Shown here in pieces: positions 51,964 through 64,000 of a DNA stretch of 64,000 bases. The stretch spans positions 256,001 through 320,000 of the forward strand of contig CAVSGI010000010.1 of NCBI GenBank assembly GCA_963727445.1. The letters run 5' to 3'. The notes below the pieces were generated by a model. It saw only the letters and a program-made list of their open reading frames with translations, was not told the DNA's origin and made no database searches. The first letter of the stretch is position 1. Each line of letters starts with the position of its first letter. Both the position numbers and the translations under genes were made by a program. This stretch comes from an uncultured delta proteobacterium. GTDB taxonomy: Bacteria; Myxococcota_A; Polyangia; Polyangiales; B10-G4.

Positions 51964-52623
51964 TCAAGGGGTGAGGGGCGGTGCGGGAGGCGCGCGGGTC
52001 ACGACGAGTTGCAGGTCGAGTTGGGCCTGTCCTTGGGGGACGGCGGGCGGGACTGGGGCGTCGATCAGGGTGGCTTCGATGCAGTCGACGGCGTCGGCGT
52101 AGGCGAGGAGGGAGTCGGGGAGCGCGTCGGTGGGGACGGCAGGGATGATGTCCCAGGCGACGGTGACGGCAGTGACGGCAGGGCGGTCGTCGATGACGAG
52201 GCGCAGGAGCAGGTGGCCCTCGACGTCGGCGGAGAGCGGAGCGACACAGCGCCGGAGCTCGGCCTGGGTGGCGTCGAAGAGGACGCGCGGCGAGTCGGCG
52301 GCGTGAGCGCGGCTCAGCTCGAGCGCGACGACCGTGCGCGTCTCGACAGCGACTTCGTCGTTCCACGATTCGGACGATGGCGGTGCTTCGGGGTTCGTCG
52401 GCACGAACGCGCTCGGCGCGTGCTGCGTCCCGGTCGCGAACGCGCGGTTGCGACGCACCCCGGGGAGAGTGTCGGCCGCGGTCGCGCGCTCGGCGCTTGC
52501 CCCGTCGGCCGCGGCCGCGCGCTCGGCGCTTGCCCCGGGGAAAGTCGTGGGCCGTGTGGAGGCGAGGCCCGAGCCGCAGGCAGCGAGGATCAGGGCGAAG
52601 AGGAGGAGCAGGGCGCGGCGCAT
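51964..52623 (-). CDS. Lipoprotein with AgmX/PglI-like C-terminal fold
   Basis: MRRALLLLFALILAAC lipobox; ELRRC...VDCIEATL...P. Confidence 0.55.
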   Translation of the reverse strand: MRRALLLLFALILAACGSGLASTRPTTFPGASAERAAAADGASAERATAADTLPGVRRNRAFATGTQHAPSAFVPTNPEAPPSSESWNDEVAVETRTVVALELSRAHAADSPRVLFDATQAELRRCVAPLSADVEGHLLLRLVIDDRPAVTAVTVAWDIIPAVPTDALPDSLLAYADAVDCIEATLIDAPVPPAVPQGQAQLDLQLVVTRAPPAPPLTP

Positions 52624-52832
52624 GGCGAAGACAAGAGCAAGCCACGGGCCACGCGCATTTCCACGAAAGGACGCGCCCTCGCGGCCCGGCGCTGGTGCAA
52701 ATGCCCGGGCGCACGTCCCCGCTGAGGCGAGGTGGCGCCCTGGCGTCGCGTCGTTTGGCACGTGCCGCAAGTGCACGAGCGACGCGCGGCCGAACATGCG
52801 CGACGGGAGGTCCTCCGTGATAACGTCGCGGG

Positions 52833-53471
52833 ATGGCGGAGGAGCGGCGGCGGAGGGCGCGGGTTTCGGTCCAGCTGCCCTGTACGTTGAAGGGGCCCGA
52901 GACGTCTGCGAAGGGGGAGATCCTCGACATCTCCACCATCGGCGCGAAGGTCAGGGCGCCCGAGCGGGCGGCCGGGGACGACGACGAGGTCACGCTCGTC
53001 ACCGACGGGCTCGAGGTGGTGGGGCGCGTGATGTACGCCCGTGAGCGCGACGGCATGGTGGTGAGCGGCATCCAGTTCCTGGCGATGGACGCCGAGGACT
53101 TCCGCGCCATCGAGTCCTTCGTCACGGGCACCCTCGAAGGCGACGGCGGCGGCGCGCGCGAGCATCCCCGCGTGCAGCACCGCGTTCAGGTGGTCTGCAA
53201 GACCTCCAAGCGCGCCAAGGGAATGCTCCACGACATCTCGCGCGGCGGGATGCGGGTGATGGTCGAGGACACGGTCGAGGTGGGCGACTCGCTCACCGCC
53301 GAGATCAAGGTCGGCAAGCTCGACACGCCGCTGGTGCTCACCGGCGAGGTCGTGCGCGTGAAGTCGGACGCCAAGGGCGAAAAGCACCTGGCCGGCGTGA
53401 AGCTCGGGGACATTCCCCCCGAGAGCCAGCAGCTCCTGGATCGCCTCCTGTCGATGATCCTCAAGGCCTGA
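52833..53471 (+). CDS. Tandem PilZ domain protein
   Basis: RRRAR...DISTIG and REHPR...DISRGG (RxxxR / DxSxxG twice). Confidence 0.9.
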   Translation: MAEERRRRARVSVQLPCTLKGPETSAKGEILDISTIGAKVRAPERAAGDDDEVTLVTDGLEVVGRVMYARERDGMVVSGIQFLAMDAEDFRAIESFVTGTLEGDGGGAREHPRVQHRVQVVCKTSKRAKGMLHDISRGGMRVMVEDTVEVGDSLTAEIKVGKLDTPLVLTGEVVRVKSDAKGEKHLAGVKLGDIPPESQQLLDRLLSMILKA

Positions 53472-53552
53472 GCGGCCGTCCGCGAGCCCGGCGAGGACGC
53501 CCCGAAAAGGCCCGATCTGGTCGGATGGCGCGCCGCCCGCGCATCGGCAACA

Positions 53553-54689
53553 ATGCGCGCCATGACTCGCTCCGGCTTGACTTCGCTCCTCCTGATCGCG
53601 CTCCCGCTCGCCGCCTGCAGCAACGACCCGATGACGATCGGCACGTACAACGCCGGCCTCGCGCAGGGCTTCGTGCCCTACGCGTCGGAGCGGGCACCGA
53701 GGATCGACGCCGACTTCCCGGCGGACGCCCTCGACGTCGCTTGTCTCGAGGAGTTCTGGGAGCAAAGCGACTGGGACGCTTTCGCGTCGAGTGTCGCGGC
53801 GACGCACCCGCACACCTTTCGAAGGCCGCCCGAGGTCGAGGCCGGCTCGGGGCCGGCGTGCATGGGCAGCGACCTCGACGAGCTCAAGACCTGCGCGGCC
53901 GCGAACTGCCCCGACGCGACCCCCGAGACACTGTCGAGCTGCGTGCAGGACAACTGCGCCGCCGAGCTCGCGCGCGTTCCGAGAAATTGCCTCATGTGCC
54001 TCATCGCCAACGTCGATCTCGGCGACATCGACATGATTCAGGCCGTGTGTGAGACCTCGGGCGACAGCTACGCCTACGGGGGCTCCTTCGGCACGGGCAT
54101 CATCAGTCGCTACCCGCTCGCGGACACCGACTCCTTGCTGATGGACTCGACGGCGACCCGGCGCGCCGTTCTCTATGCGCGCATCCCGGACACGCCGCAG
54201 GGCGAGGTTCATTTCTTCTGCACCCACCTCACGGCCGACCTGGGCTCGGTTCCCTACACCGGTGAGTTCGGAAGCTGGGCGGAGGAGCAGGCGATGCAGA
54301 TCCAGGCGCTCCTCGCCTGGGCCGCGACCAAGACGGGCGGCGCCGACAACTGGATCCTCGCAGGCGACTTCAACAACGGCCCGGCCCTGCCGGGGATCGA
54401 CGCCGAGCTCCCCGACAACTACGCGATGTGGGCCGGCGCCGGGCTTCACGACCCCCACGTCTCGCAGGCGGACGTCCAGTGCTCGTACTGCGACGAGAAC
54501 CCCCTGAACCTCGGGACGATGGCGGGCGGCGGCGGCCTCATCGACCACGTCTTCATCACCAACGCCTTCCCCGATGGGCCGGCGTTTCGCTTCCTCGACG
54601 ACCACATCACCATCGACGTGATGGGCACCAGCACCGAGAGCGCGCACTCGGACCACTACGGCATCGCGCTCACCGTCGGGGGCGAGTAG
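53553..54689 (+). CDS. Endonuclease/exonuclease/phosphatase family lipoprotein
   Basis: TYNAG, CLEE, THL, AGDFN, IDHVF, SDHYG; lipobox LAAC. Confidence 0.88.
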   Translation: MRAMTRSGLTSLLLIALPLAACSNDPMTIGTYNAGLAQGFVPYASERAPRIDADFPADALDVACLEEFWEQSDWDAFASSVAATHPHTFRRPPEVEAGSGPACMGSDLDELKTCAAANCPDATPETLSSCVQDNCAAELARVPRNCLMCLIANVDLGDIDMIQAVCETSGDSYAYGGSFGTGIISRYPLADTDSLLMDSTATRRAVLYARIPDTPQGEVHFFCTHLTADLGSVPYTGEFGSWAEEQAMQIQALLAWAATKTGGADNWILAGDFNNGPALPGIDAELPDNYAMWAGAGLHDPHVSQADVQCSYCDENPLNLGTMAGGGGLIDHVFITNAFPDGPAFRFLDDHITIDVMGTSTESAHSDHYGIALTVGGE

Positions 54690-54713
54690 CGTCGGCGAAC
54701 GAAGACGCGCAGC

Positions 54714-56891
54714 TCAGAGTGCGGGCGCGTCGTCGGTGGGTGTCGTGGCGCTCGCGCGCTCTGCCGCGACCGGCTCCGGCCGGGGCGCCGGGGCTGGCGT
54801 GGGAGCGGACGTAGGCGCCGCCGCCTCGGCGTTGGGCGCCGCGGGCCCTGAAGCCTCTGCGCTCGACGACGCCTCGGACGCCTCCAGCCCTTCGGCTGCC
54901 GCGCGTCGCTCGGCGCGGCGGGCGCGGGCGGCGCGGATCGCGAGCAGCCGCTCCCAGCGCTCCTGTCGCGCCTGTCGCTCGGCTTCGGCCGCGGTGAGCG
55001 CGGGGGACTCGGCGCCGTCGTCGGCCTCGGCCGGCGCGGCGCCCTCTTCGGCGGCTCGCGAGACCTCGGGCTCCGGCTCGGCAGCCGCGGCCTCGAGCGC
55101 GGCGAGGCTCGCCGCCACGATGGTGGTGGCGCCCTGCTCGACCTCGATCCGCTGAGCGAGCTCGCGAAACCCTTCGGCGACCACTCGCACGTCGTGGCGT
55201 CCCGCCGAGAGCGTCCCGAGCGTCAGCGGCGCCATGCCCCGCTCGACTCCGTCGACGAAGACGGTCGCGCTCTCGGCGTCGCCGGACAGACGCACCTGCA
55301 GGACACCGGCGTCCGCAGCCGCCGCCGCCCGCCGTTCGGCGAAGTGCACACCCGCGCCGAGGATCGCCGCGGCCGCGAGCGCGGCGGCGACGAGGAGGGC
55401 AGGGTGCGCGCGTCGCGTCTTGGCCGGCTGCTTCTCGGTCTTGGTGATCTGCTCCTGCGGCCTCAGGGTGTCGATGAGGCGCGGCGTCTCGTCGGTGGTG
55501 CCGATGTGCTTCTTGGTCTCGGCGTCTTCCCAATCGCTCGGCGGGGAGATCTCCGCGTAGGCCTGCCACCACGGCGACTCGTCCACCAGGGTGGTGGTCT
55601 GGGCACGTGCCGCCGCGCGCCGCGTGGCGCGGTGGCCCCCGGGGCGCCGCGGCCGTTTGCCGACCTTGGTCTGAATGCCCGACGTATCCCGGCTCCACGA
55701 AGGGAGCTCGACGTCGAAGTCGGTCACCGCCGAGGTGACCGAGTCCTCCGCCAACTCCGCCACGTCGATGTCGATGTCGACGCTGAAGAACACCTCGGTC
55801 GCCGCTTCGACGAAGCTCGATTGGCCGTCTTTCGCCTCCTGCTCGGTCGCCACCAGCTCGAGCTCGGGGTGGTAGGCGATGGTCCCTTCCGGCACCGGCG
55901 TCGCGCCGATGCGCTGCATCTGCTGCTCGGCCTTCATCCGCTGGTCGGCCAGCTCCCGATCGAGCCAGCGACGCAGGGCGCGCTTGGGCATGGAGCAGCG
56001 CTTCGCGCGGTAGGCCTCGAGCGCCTCGCGCATCTCCTCCGCGCTCTGGAAACGGTCCCTGGGCTTCTTGGCGAGCGCCTTGTTCACGATCGCCACCAGC
56101 TCGTCGGGCAGGCCGGGGCGCAGCTGATCGATCGGCTTGAAGTCGCCGCCGCGGACCTTCTTCAGCGTCTTGAGGAAGTGCAGGTCGGGCGAGAACATCC
56201 GCCGCCCCGCGAGCCACTCCCAGAGGCAGACGCCGGTGCTGTAGATGTCCGAGCGGTAGTCGATGCGCGCAGTGCGCGTGGCCTGCTCGGGGCTCATGTA
56301 GCAGACCTTGCCCTTGAGCATGCCCACCGTGGTCTGCGCGCGCTGGATCGCGCTCTTGGCGATCCCGAAGTCGATGATCTTCACAGTTCCGTCGAAGCCG
56401 ACGATCAGGTTGTGCGGCGTGATGTCGCGGTGGATGAGGCCGATGTGCTCACCGCGCTCGTCTTCGAGGGCGTGGGCGTGGGCGAGCCCGGCGCAGACCT
56501 GCTCGGCGACGTAGGCGGCGATCTCGGGCGGGATGCGCCGGCGCCGGCGGCTGACCAGGCTGGCGAGGCGGCTCATGTCGAGGCCGCTCAGCATCTCCAT
56601 CGCGATGTAGTAGGCGCCTGCTTCGCGGCCGTACTCGTAGCTGCGGACGATGTTCTCGTGGTTCAGACGGGAGACGAGCTTCGCCTCGTCGACGAACATG
56701 TCGATGAAGTCACCCCGCGCGGCGATGTCGGGGAGCATGCGCTTGATGGCCACCACCCGGGGCAGACGGGTCCGGCGCAGGGGCCGCGAAGCATAGACCT
56801 CCGCCATCCCGCCCGCGGCCAGCCGCTCGACAAGCAGGAAGCGGCCGAAGGTGGTGGGGGAATCTTCGTCGACGCGAGCACCAGGGAGCAC
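54714..56891 (-). CDS. Ser/Thr protein kinase with TM and PEGA domain (start uncertain)
   Basis: GGMAEVY, HRDITPHN, DFGIAK, YMSPEQ; VFVDGVERGMAPL...GRHDVRV. Confidence 0.9.
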   Translation of the reverse strand: MLPGARVDEDSPTTFGRFLLVERLAAGGMAEVYASRPLRRTRLPRVVAIKRMLPDIAARGDFIDMFVDEAKLVSRLNHENIVRSYEYGREAGAYYIAMEMLSGLDMSRLASLVSRRRRRIPPEIAAYVAEQVCAGLAHAHALEDERGEHIGLIHRDITPHNLIVGFDGTVKIIDFGIAKSAIQRAQTTVGMLKGKVCYMSPEQATRTARIDYRSDIYSTGVCLWEWLAGRRMFSPDLHFLKTLKKVRGGDFKPIDQLRPGLPDELVAIVNKALAKKPRDRFQSAEEMREALEAYRAKRCSMPKRALRRWLDRELADQRMKAEQQMQRIGATPVPEGTIAYHPELELVATEQEAKDGQSSFVEAATEVFFSVDIDIDVAELAEDSVTSAVTDFDVELPSWSRDTSGIQTKVGKRPRRPGGHRATRRAAARAQTTTLVDESPWWQAYAEISPPSDWEDAETKKHIGTTDETPRLIDTLRPQEQITKTEKQPAKTRRAHPALLVAAALAAAAILGAGVHFAERRAAAAADAGVLQVRLSGDAESATVFVDGVERGMAPLTLGTLSAGRHDVRVVAEGFRELAQRIEVEQGATTIVAASLAALEAAAAEPEPEVSRAAEEGAAPAEADDGAESPALTAAEAERQARQERWERLLAIRAARARRAERRAAAEGLEASEASSSAEASGPAAPNAEAAAPTSAPTPAPAPRPEPVAAERASATTPTDDAPAL

Positions 56892-57173
56892 GAGGGACCT
56901 CCGCCCTCTGGGCGGTGCAAGCCTCGCACCAGGGAATTCGGCCCCGCGCCGGTAGAAAAACTCAATGATCGCACTCACGTGGAGCACAGATCGTTCCGGA
57001 TCGTCGGTGAAGGTGGCACCTGGCGCGCTCACCGCTCCACTCAGAGAGCGACCGTAGCCGTCCAGGGATTGGTCGCGGAGTCGGGCGCCCCAGGCCGCTT
57101 AAGCCCCAAAGGCGCGGTCGATCTTGGGATTTTCGGCCGCTGCGAGGTCACGGCAGTGGGCACGTCCCTTGCC

Positions 57174-58413
57174 ATGGAGGAGCCCATGCTCCCGCTCATG
57201 ACGCATCTCGACTTCTATCGCCGACTGGTCGAGCGCCGCCTCGCCAGCGCCATCTCCGAGCTCCTCGGTCCGAGCGAGCGCTACCGCCTCGAGGACAAGC
57301 TCGGCCGCGGCGGAATGGGCGAGGTGTGGCTCGCCACCGATCGCAAGCTCGGACGCCGCGTGGCGGTGAAGCTCATGAGCGGCGACGCGCTGATGAACCC
57401 GGCGGCGGCGGCGCGCTTCGAACGGGAGATCCGCGCGACCGTCGGTTTGCGTCACCCGCACACGGTGCGGAATCTTCGATCACGGGATGACCGTCACCGG
57501 CGTGCGGTATTACGTCATGGAGCTCCTCGAAGGGCGAAGCCTCGGCGAGCTGGTGGAAGACGAAGGGCCGCTCAAGCCGACGCGCGCCGTCGAGCTCGTG
57601 CGGCAGGCGGCCTCGGCTCTCTCGGAAGCGCACGAGCACGGCATCGTGCATCGCGACGTCAAGCCGAGGAACTTCGTCGTCGTCCAAGCGGGCGGACAGC
57701 GCGACTTTCTGAAGGTCCTCGATTTCGGTCTCGCCATCGGCAGCGACGATCTCGCGCTCACCGCCGATGGCATCTGCGCCGGATCGCCGAGCTTCGTGTC
57801 GCCGGAGGTGATCAGCGGCACGCCTGCCGACGCGCGCTCCGACATCTACGGGCTGGGCTGCGTGCTCTACACCCTGCTCACGGGCCAGCCGCCCTTCATC
57901 GGCGTGACCGCGCGGGAAGTGCTGCTCGCGCACCTTCACCAGGTTCCCGCGGCGCCGTCGCGCCTGTCGCCGCACCGCGTTCCGCCGGAGCTCGACCTTC
58001 TCGTGCTCCGCTGTCTCGCCAAGGTACCGGCGCATCGGCCTCAGAGCGCCGCCGATCTCTTCGACGACCTGGTCTACTTCCTCCGCGTGCACGCGTCGCG
58101 AATCTTCCGCGGGGACGGTGCGACGCGCGAGGTGCCCTCCTTCCACACCTCCGAGCCGATGCTCACGCAGATCCGCATGCCGCATCCGTCGCGGAGGCTC
58201 TTCGACCTGGCCGAGCACCTGGCGGAGGAGCTGCCGACCTTGAACAGCCGCGCCGGTGAGCCAGCACCCGCCGAAGAAGAATATGAAGAGACGACCCGCG
58301 ACGAGAGCCGCGAGCTCACGCGGGACGTGTGCATCGAAGACTCGGTGATCGAGATCGACCCCGAGGACCTCGACACCTATCCCGAGCCGTCCCGCTACGC
58401 GGTCGCCGTCTGA
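57174..58413 (+). CDS. Cytoplasmic Ser/Thr protein kinase (frameshift near 57475)
   Basis: LGRGGMGEVWLA...VAVK in one frame; HRDVKPRN, DFG, SPE in ORF 57487-58413. Confidence 0.85.
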
Positions 58414-58451
58414 CCGGGCTCGGACCCAGCGACGACCCGCTTCGCAGGCCC

Positions 58452-61010
<2,559 letters not shown>

Positions 61011-61128
61011 CGCGGCTCCGGATGGGGGTGCGTTTCAAACACATACGGCCCCCCGGGGTTGGGGGTCAAGGATCACGCCGGTTTCTCCCGACGAGGAAAA
61101 CCGACCGAGGCGGCCGAAAAGTAGAACC

Positions 61129-62460
<1,332 letters not shown>

Positions 62461-62470
62461 TCGCGCGCTT

Positions 62471-62932
62471 CTACTTCGTGACCTTGAAGAGGCGGTCGCC
62501 GTACTCCACGGGCTTCCCGTTCTCGACGAGGATCTCGAGGATCGTTCCGGAGACGTCCGACTCGATCTCGTTCATCAGCTTCATCGCTTCGACGATGCAG
62601 AGCACGGTGCCGGTCTCGATCTTCGAACCGACCGCCACGAAGGGATCCGCGTCGGGGCTGGGCGCGCGATAGAACGTGCCGACGAAGGGCGAGGTGACCC
62701 ATTGGACGTCCTCGTCCACCTCCACCGCCGCCGCTGGGGCCGCCGCCGCGGGCGCCACCGAGGGGGTCGCCGAAGCGACTGCGGGCGCACCGATCGTCAC
62801 GACGCTCTCGTTCGCGGCCGGGCCTCGGCGCAGGCTGATCCTCTCGTCGCCGTGCTCGAGCTCCAGCTCGCTGACGTCGAACTCCGACAGGGAGCGCATC
62901 AGCTCCCGTAGCTGCTCGATGTCGATGTCCAT
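62471..62932 (-). CDS. accB: Biotin carboxyl carrier protein
   Basis: [20 protein letters not shown]. Confidence 0.96.
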   Translation of the reverse strand: MDIDIEQLRELMRSLSEFDVSELELEHGDERISLRRGPAANESVVTIGAPAVASATPSVAPAAAAPAAAVEVDEDVQWVTSPFVGTFYRAPSPDADPFVAVGSKIETGTVLCIVEAMKLMNEIESDVSGTILEILVENGKPVEYGDRLFKVTK

Positions 62933-62978
62933 CTTCCGTGGGTCTCCTTGGCCTCGCGTGTCTTCTCGCCGCAGCGCG

Positions 62979-63461
62979 TCAAGAAGATCGGGTGGTCTCG
63001 TGCTCGGGGGACTCCAGATACTCGATGAGCGCCCGAAGTCCAAGCGCATAGCTCGTGGGGCCGAATCCGGAGATGGTTCCCATGCAAACGGCGGAGACCA
63101 GGGACCGGTGTCGGAACTCCTCACGCGCGAAGATGTTGCTGAGGTGGACCTCGACGGTGGGCAACCCCACCCCCGCGATGGCGTCGCGGATGGCGACCGA
63201 GGTGTGGGAGTAGGCCGCCGGGTTGATGAGGATGCCGTCGAAGTCGTGCATCGCCTCGTGAATCCAGTCGATGATCCGACCTTCGGAGTTGCTCTGGCGG
63301 CACTCGACGACGCCGCCGAGGCTCGCTGCGATCGGGGCGAGCGCCGCGTCGATGGCCTCGAGGCGAATGGTTCCGTAGATGCTCGGCTCGCGCTGGCCGA
63401 GGAGATTCAGGTTGGGGCCGTGGATGACGAGCACCCGCGGCCTGCGCCCGCGTGCGGACAC
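62979..63461 (-). CDS. aroQ: Type II 3-dehydroquinate dehydratase
   Basis: [41 protein letters not shown]. Confidence 0.96.
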   Translation of the reverse strand: MSARGRRPRVLVIHGPNLNLLGQREPSIYGTIRLEAIDAALAPIAASLGGVVECRQSNSEGRIIDWIHEAMHDFDGILINPAAYSHTSVAIRDAIAGVGLPTVEVHLSNIFAREEFRHRSLVSAVCMGTISGFGPTSYALGLRALIEYLESPEHETTRSS

Positions 63462-63462
63462 G

Positions 63463-63822
63463 TCAGCCCAGATCGTCGCGCAGCTTGCTCGCCGCGGTTC
63501 GCAGGCGGAAACGCGCCTTGCCCGTGTTGCCGTCGGGCCGCAGCGCGACAGCCACGAAGTACTCGTCGTTCACGAAGCGGATGACCGTCGTCATGCGCTC
63601 GGCCTTGATCGACACCTCGGCGGCCGAGCCCGAATCGAGCATCTCGGCGGCGCGCCGAATGTCCTTGAGGATGACGCTGTACTCCATGCCCACGGTCTCG
63701 ACGTCGAGGGATGCGCCGTCTTTGACGTACTGATCGACGGGGATGCCATCGTAGCCCATCAAGAGCCCGGCCACTCCGCCTTCGGTGTTGTCGACGACTC
63801 CCTGCAGCACTTCCTTGAACAT
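63463..63822 (-). CDS. mglC: Roadblock/LC7 protein, MglC-like
   Basis: MGYDGI motif, [17 protein letters not shown]; position upstream of accB/accC/sgmX. Confidence 0.8.
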   Translation of the reverse strand: MFKEVLQGVVDNTEGGVAGLLMGYDGIPVDQYVKDGASLDVETVGMEYSVILKDIRRAAEMLDSGSAAEVSIKAERMTTVIRFVNDEYFVAVALRPDGNTGKARFRLRTAASKLRDDLG

Positions 63823-64000
63823 GCGCGTGGCCCTTTCGAAAGAATCCGCCTGACCGCGGATTCTAGAAGGAAACCGCCCAAAACCGAAGAACTCGCCCCG
63901 AGCCCGGTCATGGCAATTGCGGTCAAGGCGAAACGCCCCGGCTCATCGCCAGGGCGCTCGGTGCGGAAGAGAGGAATCGAACCTCCACGGGTTTTACCCC

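Noticed and set aside
52465..52540. Direct repeat CGCGCGCTCGGCGCTTGCCCCG
   Set aside because: Short intragenic duplication encoding GASAERA twice in a lipoprotein linker.

Overview
High-GC myxobacterial (Polyangiales/Sandaracinaceae-like, inferred from MYXO-CTERM proteins, mglC/sgmX and many Ser/Thr kinases) chromosomal window. Backbone: argS, Cys-rich/NIDO surface proteins, acyl-CoA dehydrogenase, coq4/TetR, a boxC-boxB-M14 peptidase-small protein-radical SAM/SPASM run, sahR-ahcY, a thioester alpha-2-macroglobulin, kinases and mglC-aroQ-accB-accC-sgmX. Many conserved genes are broken by single-base indels, probably sequencing errors. The main accessory feature is a ~10.4 kb island (41558-51917) made of two ~5 kb tyrosine-integrase elements inserted in the anticodon arm of one tRNA-Gly(CCC). 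The host 3' half plus terminator lies at the left end, the host 5' half plus promoter lies at the right end, and the only intact tRNA sits in the middle with an element-supplied promoter. The left integrase stops inside the att core and would gain 114 in-frame residues on excision (Mx8/Mx9-like switch). Cargo includes a primase/Rep, iteron-like repeats, a possible reverse-transcriptase remnant, a metzincin and a knottin-like lipoprotein. All calls come from reading the sequence; no database search was run.
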